55,593 bases of DNA from Candidatus Beckwithbacteria bacterium (GCA_043803225.1 JAZDKF010000047.1:1-55593); one strand, 5' to 3'. Shown: positions 23,997 through 35,057, counted from the first letter of the stretch. Made by a program: numbers and translations. The notes: generated from the letters alone by a model not told the origin.

Positions 23997-24677
23997 ATGG
24001 GTGAACTTTATTTAGTATCAACGCCGATCGGTAATCGTCAGGACATTACTCTTCGAGCCTTGTCAGTTTTAACAAATCTTGATTATCTGCTTTGTGAAGA
24101 TACTAGAAAAACTAAGCAGCTGCTGAATTTCTACAATTTGTCTCACTTACCGGAACTGATTAGTTTTTATGAAGAAAATGAACAGATACGGCAAACTCAA
24201 GTAGTAGGTTGGTTAAAAGAAGGCAAAAAAATCGGCTTGGTTTCTAATGCCGGTACGCCATTAATTTCTGATCCGGGATATAAATTAGTAAGAGAGTGCA
24301 TTAAAGAAAAAATTCCAGTAAACAATCTCCCTGGAGCCAATGCCATACTGGCAAGTTTAGTCGTTTCAGGACTACCTCCTGACAAGTTTATGTTTTTAGG
24401 ATTTTTACCGAAAAAAGAAAGAAAAAAAAGCCAGCTGTTGGAAAATGTTAAAGTAATTTTAGAGCGTTTACCTCAAACAGTAATTATTTATGAATCTCCT
24501 TACCGAGTAGTTAAAACTTTGTTGTTAATTAAGACTATAATGCATAAAGCTCAAATAGTGGTTTGCCGGGAGTTGACTAAAAAGTTTGAAACCATATACC
24601 GCGGCGAAGCTGAAAAAGTTTTAAAACAGTTGGGAGACAAAAAACTTAAAGGTGAAGTGGTGATTTTATTTCACTAA
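23997..24677 (+). CDS. rsmI: 16S rRNA (cytidine-2'-O)-methyltransferase
   Basis: LYLVSTPIGN..DIT.RA, CEDTR, SNAGTPLISDPG, YESPYR, CRELTKKFE. Confidence 0.93.
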   Translation: MGELYLVSTPIGNRQDITLRALSVLTNLDYLLCEDTRKTKQLLNFYNLSHLPELISFYEENEQIRQTQVVGWLKEGKKIGLVSNAGTPLISDPGYKLVRECIKEKIPVNNLPGANAILASLVVSGLPPDKFMFLGFLPKKERKKSQLLENVKVILERLPQTVIIYESPYRVVKTLLLIKTIMHKAQIVVCRELTKKFETIYRGEAEKVLKQLGDKKLKGEVVILFH

Positions 24678-26718
24678 CTTTTATTTTAAGATCAACAATA
24701 TTGATTGAATCTGGGGTAATAATGGCGGGGTTACAATTAATTTCATCGATTTGAGGCAGATCTTCAACTAATTGGCAAAGATTTAGAATCATTTTATAGA
24801 CTTCAGTCAGATTAACCGGAGGCAGTCCCCGAGCGCCTTGCAGAATTAAACCGATTTTAATCTGAGAGAATAATTTTTTGATTAACTTTTGATTAATTGG
24901 TAAAAAGGCATGGATGATATCCTGATAAATTTCTGTATAAATTCCACCCGAGCCTAAGGTTAAAAGAGGCGGAAAGCCAGCATAACGTTTTAAACCAATA
25001 AACAGTTCGTGACCGGCATGAAGCTGAGGTTGAAGCAAAATAGTTTTAAAGTTAGTTTTAAGTTTATTAAAAGCCGATTTGACTGATGAAAGCGAGTTTA
25101 AGTTTAAGTAGAGACCTTGTTTTTCAGTTCGGTGTAAAGCTTCGGCTGGATCGGCTTTTAAAACAGCCGGAAAACCAATGTTTTTAAGTTGATGCGGAAG
25201 TTGATTTATTTCAACTATTTTAGTTGAGACTAATGGCAAATGATAAGTTGAGGCCAGTTTAGTAATTTGATGCCAAGTACATTGGCCTGAAGGCAGCGAA
25301 TCAAATAAAGCTAGGGTTTCCCGGGAAGATTTTAGCCGAATCGATTTTTTAACCGGGTAGTGAAGATTTTTCCGGCGTAAATGCCAATAATGGTAAAGCG
25401 TACTTAAGTAATTAACAGCTTTTTGTGGAAAGTCAATAGTAGCAATATGGCGTTTTTGAAGAATATCCTTGGCTTGATCATTAACATCTCCGCCTAAAAA
25501 GGAAACAACCACAGGTTTATTAAGGTGTTTAAATTGTTTAACAATAATTTCGGCAGTTAATTCAAGCTGAGTATTAGTTTGTGGAGTAAGAATAATTAAA
25601 AAGGCGTCTTTGAGCTGATCCTGAACAATAACGCTTAGAGCTTTTTGAAATCGATCGGCCATGGCATCTCCAATCAGATCAATGGGATTGTTTATTTGAG
25701 CTTGAGGTACGGCAGTTTTTAATTTCTCGGCGGTGCTTAAGGACAGCGGGGTGATTTCCAACTGAGATTGAAAAGCCTGATCACTGGCTAAAATTCCCGG
25801 ACCGCCGGCATTAGTAATAATTACCAAATCATGATCAATTAGTTTTGGCTCTAAACTGAAAATTTCCAGCAAGTCGGTAAAGTTTTCTAAATTTTCAGCC
25901 TGAATACAGCCAGATTGATCCAGAGCGGTTTTAATAATTTCAATTTGCGGGCTTAAAGCGGCAGTATGGCTCAAAGCAGCTTTTTTACCAACTTGAGTTT
26001 GGCCGCCAAAAATAACAATAAGCGGTTTTTTCAGAGTGACTTGGCTCGCTGTCTTCATGAATTTTTTGCCGTCAGCAAATGACTCAAGATAAAGACCAAT
26101 GACTTTAGTATTCGGATCTTGACTTAGATAGGTTAAAAAATCAGTTTCAGTCAATCCAGCCCGGTTACCCAAAGAAACAAAAAGAGAAAAACCTAAATTT
26201 TCCGATTTAGCCCAGTCAAACAGAAAAGAACCAATCGCCCCTGACTGGGAGATTAGACCGATATTTCCTGAAGGCGGAGCAGTTTTAGCAAAAGTAATAT
26301 CTAATTGTTTTCGGGGATTAGCAAAACCTAAAACATTCGGGCCAAGCAAATTTATACCGGCTTTTTGACAGGTTTTTTGCAAAGTCAATTCCAATTCGTG
26401 TCCGATTTTCCCGGTTTCAGAAAATCCGGCAGAGATGATCACCAGAGATTTAACTTTTTTAGCTACGGCTTGAGTAGCGATTTGATTAACAATCTGAGCT
26501 GGGACAGCAACAATGACTAAGTCAACAGCACCGGGAATGTCTAAAAGAGTCGGATAGGCTTTCAAACCTTGAATTAAATACTCATGAGGATTAACCGGAA
26601 ATAATTTTAAATTAGAAGTTTTCAGCTTGCTCAGTAATTGATAACCGAGTTTTTTCGGATTGGCTGAAGCACCGACAAGTGCGATAGTTTTTGGTGCAAA
26701 GAGCGAGGTCAAGTCCAT
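24646..26718 (-). CDS. ADP-forming acetate/acyl-CoA ligase (CoA-binding, ligase and ATP-grasp domains fused)
   Basis: ALVGAS, ISAGFSE, LGPN, SQSGA, GN.AG, SHTAAL (phospho-His), TNAGGPG, NPIDLIGDA, EINCNP. Confidence 0.9.
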   Translation of the reverse strand: MDLTSLFAPKTIALVGASANPKKLGYQLLSKLKTSNLKLFPVNPHEYLIQGLKAYPTLLDIPGAVDLVIVAVPAQIVNQIATQAVAKKVKSLVIISAGFSETGKIGHELELTLQKTCQKAGINLLGPNVLGFANPRKQLDITFAKTAPPSGNIGLISQSGAIGSFLFDWAKSENLGFSLFVSLGNRAGLTETDFLTYLSQDPNTKVIGLYLESFADGKKFMKTASQVTLKKPLIVIFGGQTQVGKKAALSHTAALSPQIEIIKTALDQSGCIQAENLENFTDLLEIFSLEPKLIDHDLVIITNAGGPGILASDQAFQSQLEITPLSLSTAEKLKTAVPQAQINNPIDLIGDAMADRFQKALSVIVQDQLKDAFLIILTPQTNTQLELTAEIIVKQFKHLNKPVVVSFLGGDVNDQAKDILQKRHIATIDFPQKAVNYLSTLYHYWHLRRKNLHYPVKKSIRLKSSRETLALFDSLPSGQCTWHQITKLASTYHLPLVSTKIVEINQLPHQLKNIGFPAVLKADPAEALHRTEKQGLYLNLNSLSSVKSAFNKLKTNFKTILLQPQLHAGHELFIGLKRYAGFPPLLTLGSGGIYTEIYQDIIHAFLPINQKLIKKLFSQIKIGLILQGARGLPPVNLTEVYKMILNLCQLVEDLPQIDEINCNPAIITPDSINIVDLKIKVSEIKSPLHL

Positions 26719-26721
26719 GAT

Positions 26722-28344
26722 TTAAATTAAACTTTTTCCGATCATTTGGCTAGGTTTAGGAATTTCCAGTAATTTTAATATAGTCGGAGCAATATCAGCC
26801 AAAATTCCCTGATTAAGATTGATTGACTGATTTTGGAACTTGGAGTTGATAATAATACAGGGAACCGGATTGGCGGAGTGTTCGGTATCAATTTCACCGG
26901 ACTGAAGATTGATAACTTCTTCAACATTGCCATGATCGGCAGTTATAATGGCGATCCCGTCTAAAGCGAGAATCACCGGAATCACTTGAGATAAAAAGAT
27001 ATCCACTGCTTCGCATGCCTTAATACTGGCAGTTAAATTACCGGTATGTCCTACCATATCCGGACAAGCCAAATTAATTAAAATAAATTGATAGATTCGA
27101 TCTTTCAATTTGGCGATTAAACTTTTCGACAACTGAGGAGTTGACATTTCCGGTTTTAGGTCATAAGTAGAAATGTTAGGTGAAGGAATTATCTGCCAGT
27201 CTTCTTCAGCAAAAGGTTGTTCTCGAAGACCGTTGAAATAGTAAGTCACAAATCGTTCTTTTTCACTTTCAGCCATTTTTAATTGTCTTAAATTGGCTTC
27301 ACTGATGATTCGGGACAAAGGCAGGTCAACATGAACCGGAGGCATCATGACTAAACAAGGTAAATTTGCCTGATATTCAGTCATAGTAACAAAACATAAG
27401 TTTTTCAAGACTTTTTGACGTTTAAAAACTGGATTTGTGGTGGCTTTGGTGGGAAGGTGGCTGTGAAGATAACGATCGGCAAACGGATCAAAAGCCAATT
27501 GATTAGCATTGGTTTCAAAGTCCGGCATAACAAAAGCCTTGGTTAATTGACGCGGCCGGTCAACCCTGAAGTTAAAAAAAATGACGGCATCATTATCTTG
27601 GATTAAGGCAAGCGGAGTATTGCTTTCATCAGTGATATTAGTCGGTTCAATAAACTCATCGGATTTTTGCCGGATATAGGATTTTTGAATTGCCTGGTTT
27701 AGGGAGGTAGTTTTTAAACCTGTGCCTAAGGTTAAACAATCATAAGCTTTTTGAGTTCTTTCCCACCGAAAATCCCGATCCAAGGCGTAATACCGACCTA
27801 TAACTGAAGCAATTACGCCTAAATTAATAGTCTCTAATAGTGACTGAATTTGGCTTAAATAGATTTGGGAAGTAGTCGGCGGTGAATCACGGCCGTCAGT
27901 AAAAAGGTGAAGAGCCAATCTTTGAATATTTTTTTGCTTGGCGAATTTAATCAGAGCAAACAAATGTTCATTATTGGCATGAACTCCGCCGGAACCAATT
28001 AAACCAATTAAATGCAAGGTCGAATGGTTAGTCAGTGAATGATTTATAGCCTGATTCAGGCTGGGATTTAGAAAAAAACTACCGTCAGCAATAGCCATAT
28101 TGATCCGAGGTAAATCCTGAAAGACTATTTGACCAGCGCCTAAGTTTATATGACCGACTTCAGTATTTCCGTCTTCTCCGTGAGGCAAACCAACTGCCTC
28201 GCCTGAAGCAGAGAGTTTTGTTGAGGGATAGGCGGATAAAAGTTGGCGGTAGAATGGCAAGCGTGCCTGAGTAATGGCATTACCAGGTCCGGGCGGAGCA
28301 ATTCCCCAACCATCCAAAATAATTAAAACTACTGGCTGGGTCAT
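26722..28344 (-). CDS. gpmI: 2,3-bisphosphoglycerate-independent phosphoglycerate mutase
   Basis: ILDGWG, GNTEVGH, DGRDSPP, GRYYALDRD, NFRVDR, PDMVGHTG, TADHGN. Confidence 0.95.
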   Translation of the reverse strand: MTQPVVLIILDGWGIAPPGPGNAITQARLPFYRQLLSAYPSTKLSASGEAVGLPHGEDGNTEVGHINLGAGQIVFQDLPRINMAIADGSFFLNPSLNQAINHSLTNHSTLHLIGLIGSGGVHANNEHLFALIKFAKQKNIQRLALHLFTDGRDSPPTTSQIYLSQIQSLLETINLGVIASVIGRYYALDRDFRWERTQKAYDCLTLGTGLKTTSLNQAIQKSYIRQKSDEFIEPTNITDESNTPLALIQDNDAVIFFNFRVDRPRQLTKAFVMPDFETNANQLAFDPFADRYLHSHLPTKATTNPVFKRQKVLKNLCFVTMTEYQANLPCLVMMPPVHVDLPLSRIISEANLRQLKMAESEKERFVTYYFNGLREQPFAEEDWQIIPSPNISTYDLKPEMSTPQLSKSLIAKLKDRIYQFILINLACPDMVGHTGNLTASIKACEAVDIFLSQVIPVILALDGIAIITADHGNVEEVINLQSGEIDTEHSANPVPCIIINSKFQNQSINLNQGILADIAPTILKLLEIPKPSQMIGKSLI

Positions 28345-29600
28345 ACTAATTTTAGCTCCTGTTCGATTTCCAGAAGCCGATTATATTTAACAATTCTTTC
28401 CCCTCTGGCTGGAGCACCAAACTTAGTAAAATCGGCGCCAATACCCACGGCTAAATCAGCAATAAAAGTATCGTTTGTCTCACCTGATCGATGAGAAACA
28501 ATAATTTTAAATTGATGTTCTCGGCAATACTTTATTACCTCAATTGTTTCTGAGAGCGTGCCGATTTGATTAGGCTTGATTAAAATTGCATTACAAGCTT
28601 TGGTTTCGATTGCTTTTTTAACCCGTTCCTGGTTAGTAGAAAGAAGATCATCGCCGACGATTAAAGTATTAGCACCTAAAACTTCAGTCAGTTTGGTCCA
28701 GCCTAGCCAAGCATCCTGATCTAAGCCGTCTTCCAAAGAAAAAAGATGATACTCCTGGTTTAGCTGTTGATAGTAAGTAATCAGTTCATCCTGGCTAAAA
28801 GGTTGAGCCCGATCTTTAATTTGATACTGTCCGTGTTGAAAAAAATGATCGGCAGAAACATCTAAGCCTAAAAAGACATCAGTAGTAAATTTATACTGGG
28901 TGGCTTGGATTGCTTCTAAGATGACTTCTAAGGCATCTAAGTTGGTAAATAAATCAGGAGCAAAGCCGCCTTCATCGCCAACTGAGTGAATTGCCTTCCG
29001 GTGGATAAGAACGTTTTTCAAATGGTTGTAAACTTCGATGCCAATTTGTAAGGATTGATGGTAGGGAAATCGAGTTGAAGGAATTAAATGGAATTCCTGA
29101 AAGTCCAGATTGCCGGCGCCATGGGCACCGCCATTAATAATATTAAAAGTCGGGCTGGGCATTTTAGATAAATTTTTGATCAAAGAATATTTCTGATGCA
29201 GATATTGGTAAACAGGCAGTTGAAAGTAGGCAGCAGCAGCCTTAAGGTTGGCGATCGAAATTGAAAGAATGGAATTAGCCCCATATTTACTTTTATTCGA
29301 AGTAGCATCAAGATCAATTAAGAGTTGATCCAGTTTCGTCTGTTGAGCCGGATCCAAACCAATTAGTCTTGGGCCGAGAACTTGATTAACCAGGTTAACT
29401 GCTTTTAAAACGCCTAGACCATTGAAACGGGAAGGATCATTATCACGGAGCTCTACCGCTTCGTATTTACTGCTTGAAGCACCGGAAGGAATGCTGGTTT
29501 GGCCAAAATGACCGGAATCAAGCCAAAGAGTAGTTTCAATCGTCGGATTGCCTCGAGAATCTAAAATTTCCCGGGCATTAATTTTCGTGATTTTAGCCAT
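28341..29600 (-). CDS. eno: Enolase
   Basis: DSRGNPT, GDEGGF, VGDDL, IKPNQIG, SHRSGET, KYNRLL. Confidence 0.97.
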   Translation of the reverse strand: MAKITKINAREILDSRGNPTIETTLWLDSGHFGQTSIPSGASSSKYEAVELRDNDPSRFNGLGVLKAVNLVNQVLGPRLIGLDPAQQTKLDQLLIDLDATSNKSKYGANSILSISIANLKAAAAYFQLPVYQYLHQKYSLIKNLSKMPSPTFNIINGGAHGAGNLDFQEFHLIPSTRFPYHQSLQIGIEVYNHLKNVLIHRKAIHSVGDEGGFAPDLFTNLDALEVILEAIQATQYKFTTDVFLGLDVSADHFFQHGQYQIKDRAQPFSQDELITYYQQLNQEYHLFSLEDGLDQDAWLGWTKLTEVLGANTLIVGDDLLSTNQERVKKAIETKACNAILIKPNQIGTLSETIEVIKYCREHQFKIIVSHRSGETNDTFIADLAVGIGADFTKFGAPARGERIVKYNRLLEIEQELKLV

Positions 29601-31899
29601 TTATAAGTTTTTTCTCAGCCTGGTAAATTATGTTTCTGGTTTGGTCAATCATATCGGGAGTAACGGATATACTGGTAATACCCCACTTAACTAGTTTTTC
29701 AGTTAAATCAGGATAAAGTGAAGGCGCCTGACCGCAGATAGAACAAGTAACTTTTTTCTTTAGACAGATTTTTACCGTAGATTCGATTAAGGATAAAACC
29801 GCCGGATTAAGTTCGTCATACTCACTGGCAACTTCGCTATTATCCCGGTCGACCCCTAAAGTTAACATGGTTAAATCATTGGAGCCGATAGAAACACCAT
29901 CAATCCCCTGGTCAATAAAATCTTCAAGTAAGATCACATTGGCCGGAATCTCCACCATGAGCCAAAGTTTAAAGTTAGCTGATCTGATTAAACCATTAGA
30001 GGAAATAATTTTTTTAACCTTTTGCAGTTCAGCAATATTCCTGACAAAAGGCAGCATTAACCAGAGATTTTTTAGCCCAAGTTTATCCCGGGAATATTTT
30101 AGAGCCTGAAGTTCCAGATTAAAAACTGGTTCATCAACTAAGTAACGATAAGCGCCTCTAAATCCGAGCATAGGGTTTGGTTCAATTGGCTCATAGGCTT
30201 TGCCGCCAATTAAGTTGGCATATTCATTAGTTTTAAAATCAGTTGCCCGATAGACCACCGGACGAGGATAAAAGGCCTTGGCGAATTGAGTTAAACCGGA
30301 AGTGAGCTGATCGATAAATTGTTGTTGTTTTTTATCAACAATCATTTTTTTAGGATGGGTACCGATTTGGGCAATCATAAACTCGGCTCGGAGCAAGCCA
30401 ACGCCATCAACGTTTTTTTGGCTGATAATTGAAGCCAGATCAGGTTCACCCAAATTAACATAAAGCTTAGTAGCAGTGATTAAAGTATCAGGCTGAAGCT
30501 TTGAAGGAGAAATTTTTGAGATTTTGGCTGAAGCTTTTGATTCAGGTTTAATTATTTTTTCTCTTAAAATAATCCCGCCGCTAAAAACTTCTCCGGTTTG
30601 ACCGTTAATAGTGATCACCGAGCCAGTTTTTAGTACTTTGGTAGCGTTACCGGTGCCGACAATACAGGGAATACCTAGTTCCCGGGAGACGATAGCCGCA
30701 TGAGAAGTTTGTCCGCCTTTATTAGTGACTATGGCTGAAGCTTTTTTCATCGCCGGAACAAAGTCTGGAGTTGTCATGTCCGTTACTAAAATCTCTCCGC
30801 TTATTAACTTATTAATTTCTTTAGCTGATGAAAGCTGTTTTACGTGGCCGGCAATAATCCCCGGACTGGCTGGTTCACCTTTAAGAATGAGTTTAAGTTT
30901 GGATAAGTTAACCGGAGCTTCTTTTAGAGGATTTAAATTAAGCGTGGTTATCGGCCTGGACTGAACAATATAAATTTTATTATTGGCAATTGCCCACTCT
31001 ATATCTTGAGGGAAAAAATAATGCTGTTGAATTTTTTGGCCTAGTTTGGCTAAATCAAGAATTTGTTCGTCAATTAATTTAGCTTGCTGTTTTTTGTTTT
31101 TTGGAAGTTTAATTTCTTTGTTTTTATCTTTTACCCAAGTTAACTGCTTATTTTGCTGATTGACTTGTTTTTGTAAGATTTTCCAAGAAAGCTTTTGGAT
31201 AAGATAGTGATCAGGAGTATAAGCGCCTTGAACTATTTTTTCACCCAAGCCCCAAATGGCTTCAATCACAATTTGATTTTTATTGTTAGTTACCGGGTTG
31301 ACAGTAAACATAATGCCGGAAATTTCACTCTGAACCATTTTTTGAACCGGTACAGCAATACCTACTTGAAAGTGATCAAAACCTTTTTCCTGACGGTAAA
31401 AAATTGCTCGAGGTTCAAAAAGAGACGCCCAACAAGCACGAATGCTTTGAATCAGATTAGCTTCACCTTGAATATTTAAAAAAGTTTCCTGCTGACCAGC
31501 AAAGGAGGCATCAGGCAGATCTTCAGCAGTAGCTGAGGATCGGGCGGCGACTAAACAGTGGCGATTATTTAAACCGAGTTGAAGATAGTTTTTGATAATT
31601 TCAGTTGCTAGTTCTTGAGGAATATCAGCCTGGAGAATAAGTTTCTTAATTTTAGATGAGGCTTGATTCAAAGATTGAATATCTTTGGGATCAATTTGAT
31701 TAAGAATAGCTTTAATTATCGGTTTAAGATGGTTGGTTTCGATAACCTGATAGTAAGCCTGAGAAGTGACGATAAAACCAGGTGGAATCGGAAAACCGGC
31801 ATTGATCATCTCACCTAAGTTAGCGCCTTTACCACCAACCAGAGCAATGTCCGATTTACCGACCTGATTAAAATTAACCAATAAACTATGCTGATTCAT
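29593..31899 (-). CDS. ppsA: Phosphoenolpyruvate synthase
   Basis: VGGKGANLGEM, RSSATAEDL, QDIEW, TSHAAIVSRE (phospho-His), ENPMLG-like EPNPMLGFRG, SIGSNDL. Confidence 0.95.
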   Translation of the reverse strand: MNQHSLLVNFNQVGKSDIALVGGKGANLGEMINAGFPIPPGFIVTSQAYYQVIETNHLKPIIKAILNQIDPKDIQSLNQASSKIKKLILQADIPQELATEIIKNYLQLGLNNRHCLVAARSSATAEDLPDASFAGQQETFLNIQGEANLIQSIRACWASLFEPRAIFYRQEKGFDHFQVGIAVPVQKMVQSEISGIMFTVNPVTNNKNQIVIEAIWGLGEKIVQGAYTPDHYLIQKLSWKILQKQVNQQNKQLTWVKDKNKEIKLPKNKKQQAKLIDEQILDLAKLGQKIQQHYFFPQDIEWAIANNKIYIVQSRPITTLNLNPLKEAPVNLSKLKLILKGEPASPGIIAGHVKQLSSAKEINKLISGEILVTDMTTPDFVPAMKKASAIVTNKGGQTSHAAIVSRELGIPCIVGTGNATKVLKTGSVITINGQTGEVFSGGIILREKIIKPESKASAKISKISPSKLQPDTLITATKLYVNLGEPDLASIISQKNVDGVGLLRAEFMIAQIGTHPKKMIVDKKQQQFIDQLTSGLTQFAKAFYPRPVVYRATDFKTNEYANLIGGKAYEPIEPNPMLGFRGAYRYLVDEPVFNLELQALKYSRDKLGLKNLWLMLPFVRNIAELQKVKKIISSNGLIRSANFKLWLMVEIPANVILLEDFIDQGIDGVSIGSNDLTMLTLGVDRDNSEVASEYDELNPAVLSLIESTVKICLKKKVTCSICGQAPSLYPDLTEKLVKWGITSISVTPDMIDQTRNIIYQAEKKLING

Positions 31900-32968
31900 G
31901 GCAAGCCTTTATAAGTTTAGCCTTGAAATAATCTACCCAAGGAATTGGAGTCGGATTAAGTTTATTTAAGACTGAAAGATAGTAGTTAACGAATGCCCCA
32001 AATTGAATCACTTCAAAAACTTGGGCTAACTTAGTTTTAGCCTGAGGCACAAATTCAACGGCGTTAAGGCCGTTTTTATTTATTACGTCTAAAGTTAAAT
32101 CCACCCGAGTTTGCATTCTTTTTGAATAAAGTAACGAATTAAGCATCCAAAACACTACGTGTTTTTTATTAGTTTCGGGAAATTTTAAACCTTCCATTAA
32201 GTGATGATTTAATTCAGGCAAGTCGTGACGATGAGACAGTTGTTTAGCATTTTCATTCATTTGATTTTTAATGACATGAAAAGCCCCGGTTAGATGTTCA
32301 GCGGCGACCATGATAATTTGTTTCGAATGCATCGCTGTTGCCAGTTTTTTTGCCGGATTTTGGGATTGAGGCAATTCTCTTTTATTATGATCTACTATTT
32401 GGGCCATTATTGGTTTTAAGGAAGCAATGGCTGTTGATGTTAGCTTGAGTAATCCAGCCTGGCTGAGTAAGGCCAGCTGACCAATTAAGGAATAGCCAAT
32501 CGCCATTCGAGGCTGTTTCGAAAGATTATATTTTGGATTGATTTTATAAATCGGTAAATAATATTTTTGGGCTAATTTGGCCAATTCCCCACCGGCACAG
32601 ATAACGATAATCTGACATTTTTTTACCAGAGCTTCTTTTAAAGTTTGAACAGTTTCTTCAGTGGTACCGGAATAGCTGGAACAAATGATTAAAGTTTTAG
32701 AATTGGCCCATATAGGCAGATGATAATCATTAATTATATAAAGAGGGACGGGCAATTGATCAGCGTACAAAGATTGGACTATTCTGGCAGCTAAGCCTGA
32801 ACCGCCCATGCCGGACATGATTAAATTTTGAATAGGTTTGCTTGGCACTTTAATTAATTGAACTTCTCTAAAAGCATGCTGGCATTGCAGGTATAAATTA
32901 GTGATTGAACTATATAAGTTTTCTTTATCTAATTTTTGTTGGAAGGAAAGATTGTCAAGCAAATTCAT
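31886..32968 (-). CDS. Bifunctional phosphoglucose/phosphomannose isomerase (archaeal-type SIS)
   Basis: GMGGSG, SSYSGTTEET, QPRMA, QMNENAK, PELNHH; start taken at ATG 32968. Confidence 0.88.
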   Translation of the reverse strand: MNLLDNLSFQQKLDKENLYSSITNLYLQCQHAFREVQLIKVPSKPIQNLIMSGMGGSGLAARIVQSLYADQLPVPLYIINDYHLPIWANSKTLIICSSYSGTTEETVQTLKEALVKKCQIIVICAGGELAKLAQKYYLPIYKINPKYNLSKQPRMAIGYSLIGQLALLSQAGLLKLTSTAIASLKPIMAQIVDHNKRELPQSQNPAKKLATAMHSKQIIMVAAEHLTGAFHVIKNQMNENAKQLSHRHDLPELNHHLMEGLKFPETNKKHVVFWMLNSLLYSKRMQTRVDLTLDVINKNGLNAVEFVPQAKTKLAQVFEVIQFGAFVNYYLSVLNKLNPTPIPWVDYFKAKLIKACHESA

Positions 32969-32969
32969 A

Positions 32970-34391
32970 TTAATTATTAATTGCGTCGACATTGACGCCA
33001 TAAGTAAAATCTATTTCGGGATGAGATTTAAATATTGTTTTTAGTTGACTTTTTAATCGATTATATTGTTTTTGAGTTTTACCTTCAAATTTAATAGTAA
33101 TATAAGGACCATTTTGGCTGGCACGGACTATCGCCATAGTTTCCTTTGTATCCATTCTGACACCGTCGATTTCTACATAATTTGCTTGAGGATAAAGTTT
33201 TTTCAAATCTTTTCCGATAATATTTTTTACAAAATCAAATTTAATTATATCAGGGAGCCCGAGTTTGATTTCAGGACTAGAATAGTAGTGGGGCAGTTTA
33301 GCGACCGCAGTTTTAAGTGATTGTTTCGTCCGGTCAAGATAAGCCAAAAGCCTTAAAGTAGCAAAAGCACCGTCATCATGGCCATAAAAATTATCCATAA
33401 AGAAAAAATGGCCCGAAAGCTCACCGCCAAAAGGCGCTCGGGTTTCTTTGACCTTAGCTTTAATAAAGGAATGGCCGGTTAACCAAATAATCGGTTGACC
33501 TCCGGCTTGAGTAATCGTATCAGATACAATCTTCGAGCAAAGAGTATTAAAAACAATCGGCGCTCCGGGAAGTGAATCAATCACATCTTTAGCAAATAAA
33601 GCCACTAAAACATCGTTCCAGATTTTAGAACCGTTTTCATCCACTACCCCCAAACGATCACCATCAGGATCGTAGCAGATTCCTAAATCAGCCTTTTGTT
33701 TGATTACGCCTTTGCCAAGACGGTCAAGATAGTCAGATTCAGTTGGATCAGGAGTACCGAGAGGAAAATTGCCATCAAGTGAAGTATTTTGAGTAATTAC
33801 CTGGCAGCCGAAACTTCTTAAGAGCCGAGGAATAAAAAGTGACGGGGTGCAATTACCACCATCAAGAACAATTTTAAAATTAAGTTTTTGCGTGATTCTT
33901 TTATGAAGATCTTTTAAGTAAGCAGAAAAAATATTTTGTTTAGTAATTTTGCCTGGGCTTTTGGCTTTAATAAACTTTCCCAATTTAACCAGTTTTTTAA
34001 ATTCATTTATTTCTTCGGTAATCATGGTATCGGAAAAACCAACCGCCAATTTGAAACCATTGTATTCTTTGGGATTATGCGAAGCAGAAACAGAAACGCC
34101 GCCCTTAGACTGATTATAGTACTGAGAGAAGTACATAAAGTAAACCAGGCCTAAACCATGATCAATCACATTAACACCTGTAGAAACAAGCCCTTTAACA
34201 AAAGCGTTTTTAATCATTTCTCCGTGAACCCGGTTATCCCGAACGACAACAGCTTGATTAATCCGGCGTTGAAACAAATAGGTGCCATAAGTTTGACCTA
34301 AAACATAGGCACCGGCTGAGTTTAATTCATTAGGCACTTGGCCTCTTATGTCATAACCCCGGAAAATATTATCGGAAAATACAGCTTTCAT
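32970..34391 (-). CDS. Phosphomannomutase/phosphoglucomutase
   Basis: FRGYDIRG, SASHNP, DPDGDR, GELSGH, VRASQNGP. Confidence 0.93.
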   Translation of the reverse strand: MKAVFSDNIFRGYDIRGQVPNELNSAGAYVLGQTYGTYLFQRRINQAVVVRDNRVHGEMIKNAFVKGLVSTGVNVIDHGLGLVYFMYFSQYYNQSKGGVSVSASHNPKEYNGFKLAVGFSDTMITEEINEFKKLVKLGKFIKAKSPGKITKQNIFSAYLKDLHKRITQKLNFKIVLDGGNCTPSLFIPRLLRSFGCQVITQNTSLDGNFPLGTPDPTESDYLDRLGKGVIKQKADLGICYDPDGDRLGVVDENGSKIWNDVLVALFAKDVIDSLPGAPIVFNTLCSKIVSDTITQAGGQPIIWLTGHSFIKAKVKETRAPFGGELSGHFFFMDNFYGHDDGAFATLRLLAYLDRTKQSLKTAVAKLPHYYSSPEIKLGLPDIIKFDFVKNIIGKDLKKLYPQANYVEIDGVRMDTKETMAIVRASQNGPYITIKFEGKTQKQYNRLKSQLKTIFKSHPEIDFTYGVNVDAINN

Positions 34392-34412
34392 TTTGTCTCC
34401 TAGATAAATATT

Positions 34413-35057
34413 CTAAAGAGTAGTTAGCAATAGATCAAGCTGAGTTGATAAGGGAACATCAGTTTGGCCAGTTTTAATTTGTTCATCAATTTCTAATAAC
34501 TGTTTATGAAGCTCCAGCAATTTAGTTAAAGATACAGATTTTGCCTGAGATTTAAGCTTCCCCAGCTGCCAGGAAACGGCTTTGACTGATTGCGGATCAG
34601 TCTGAACCTGAATTAACTGGGATACACGGCGATGGAACAGGTAAAAAACCAGTTCAGCGGGGCTGTGGATTAGACTCAAGCGAAAGTCAGCTACTTTTAA
34701 ACTATCTAAAAAATTAAATAAGGAAGGAGGCAGTTTAAACTCCTGAACTTGGGCTTTACTAAACTGCTTTTTAACTGCCGGAGTGAGGATTTTTTTCTCC
34801 CAAAGATAAATTTGTTTGTCTTGGTTTGAGAGAACAAGTTTAATTAAACTTTCTTTAAGTTTAGACCGAGGTAAGGTAAGTAAGTTTTCAATTAGGATTG
34901 GCTGATTTTCCTGAAACAGCGGATTAGATTCTAAAGCCTGAGTTAAAGATTCGGATGATAAATTCAGACCATCAAAACGTTTCGGTTTAATAGATAAAGC
35001 CTGATTTAAGCTTTGACGGCTAACAACAAAATTATCGCCGTGGAAAATATAAATCAT
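34413..35057 (-). CDS. holA: Probable DNA polymerase III delta subunit (short CPR form)
   Basis: MIYIFHGDN start, LFNFLDSL, LLELHKQLLEIDEQIKTG C-terminal pattern. Confidence 0.6.
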   Translation of the reverse strand: MIYIFHGDNFVVSRQSLNQALSIKPKRFDGLNLSSESLTQALESNPLFQENQPILIENLLTLPRSKLKESLIKLVLSNQDKQIYLWEKKILTPAVKKQFSKAQVQEFKLPPSLFNFLDSLKVADFRLSLIHSPAELVFYLFHRRVSQLIQVQTDPQSVKAVSWQLGKLKSQAKSVSLTKLLELHKQLLEIDEQIKTGQTDVPLSTQLDLLLTTL

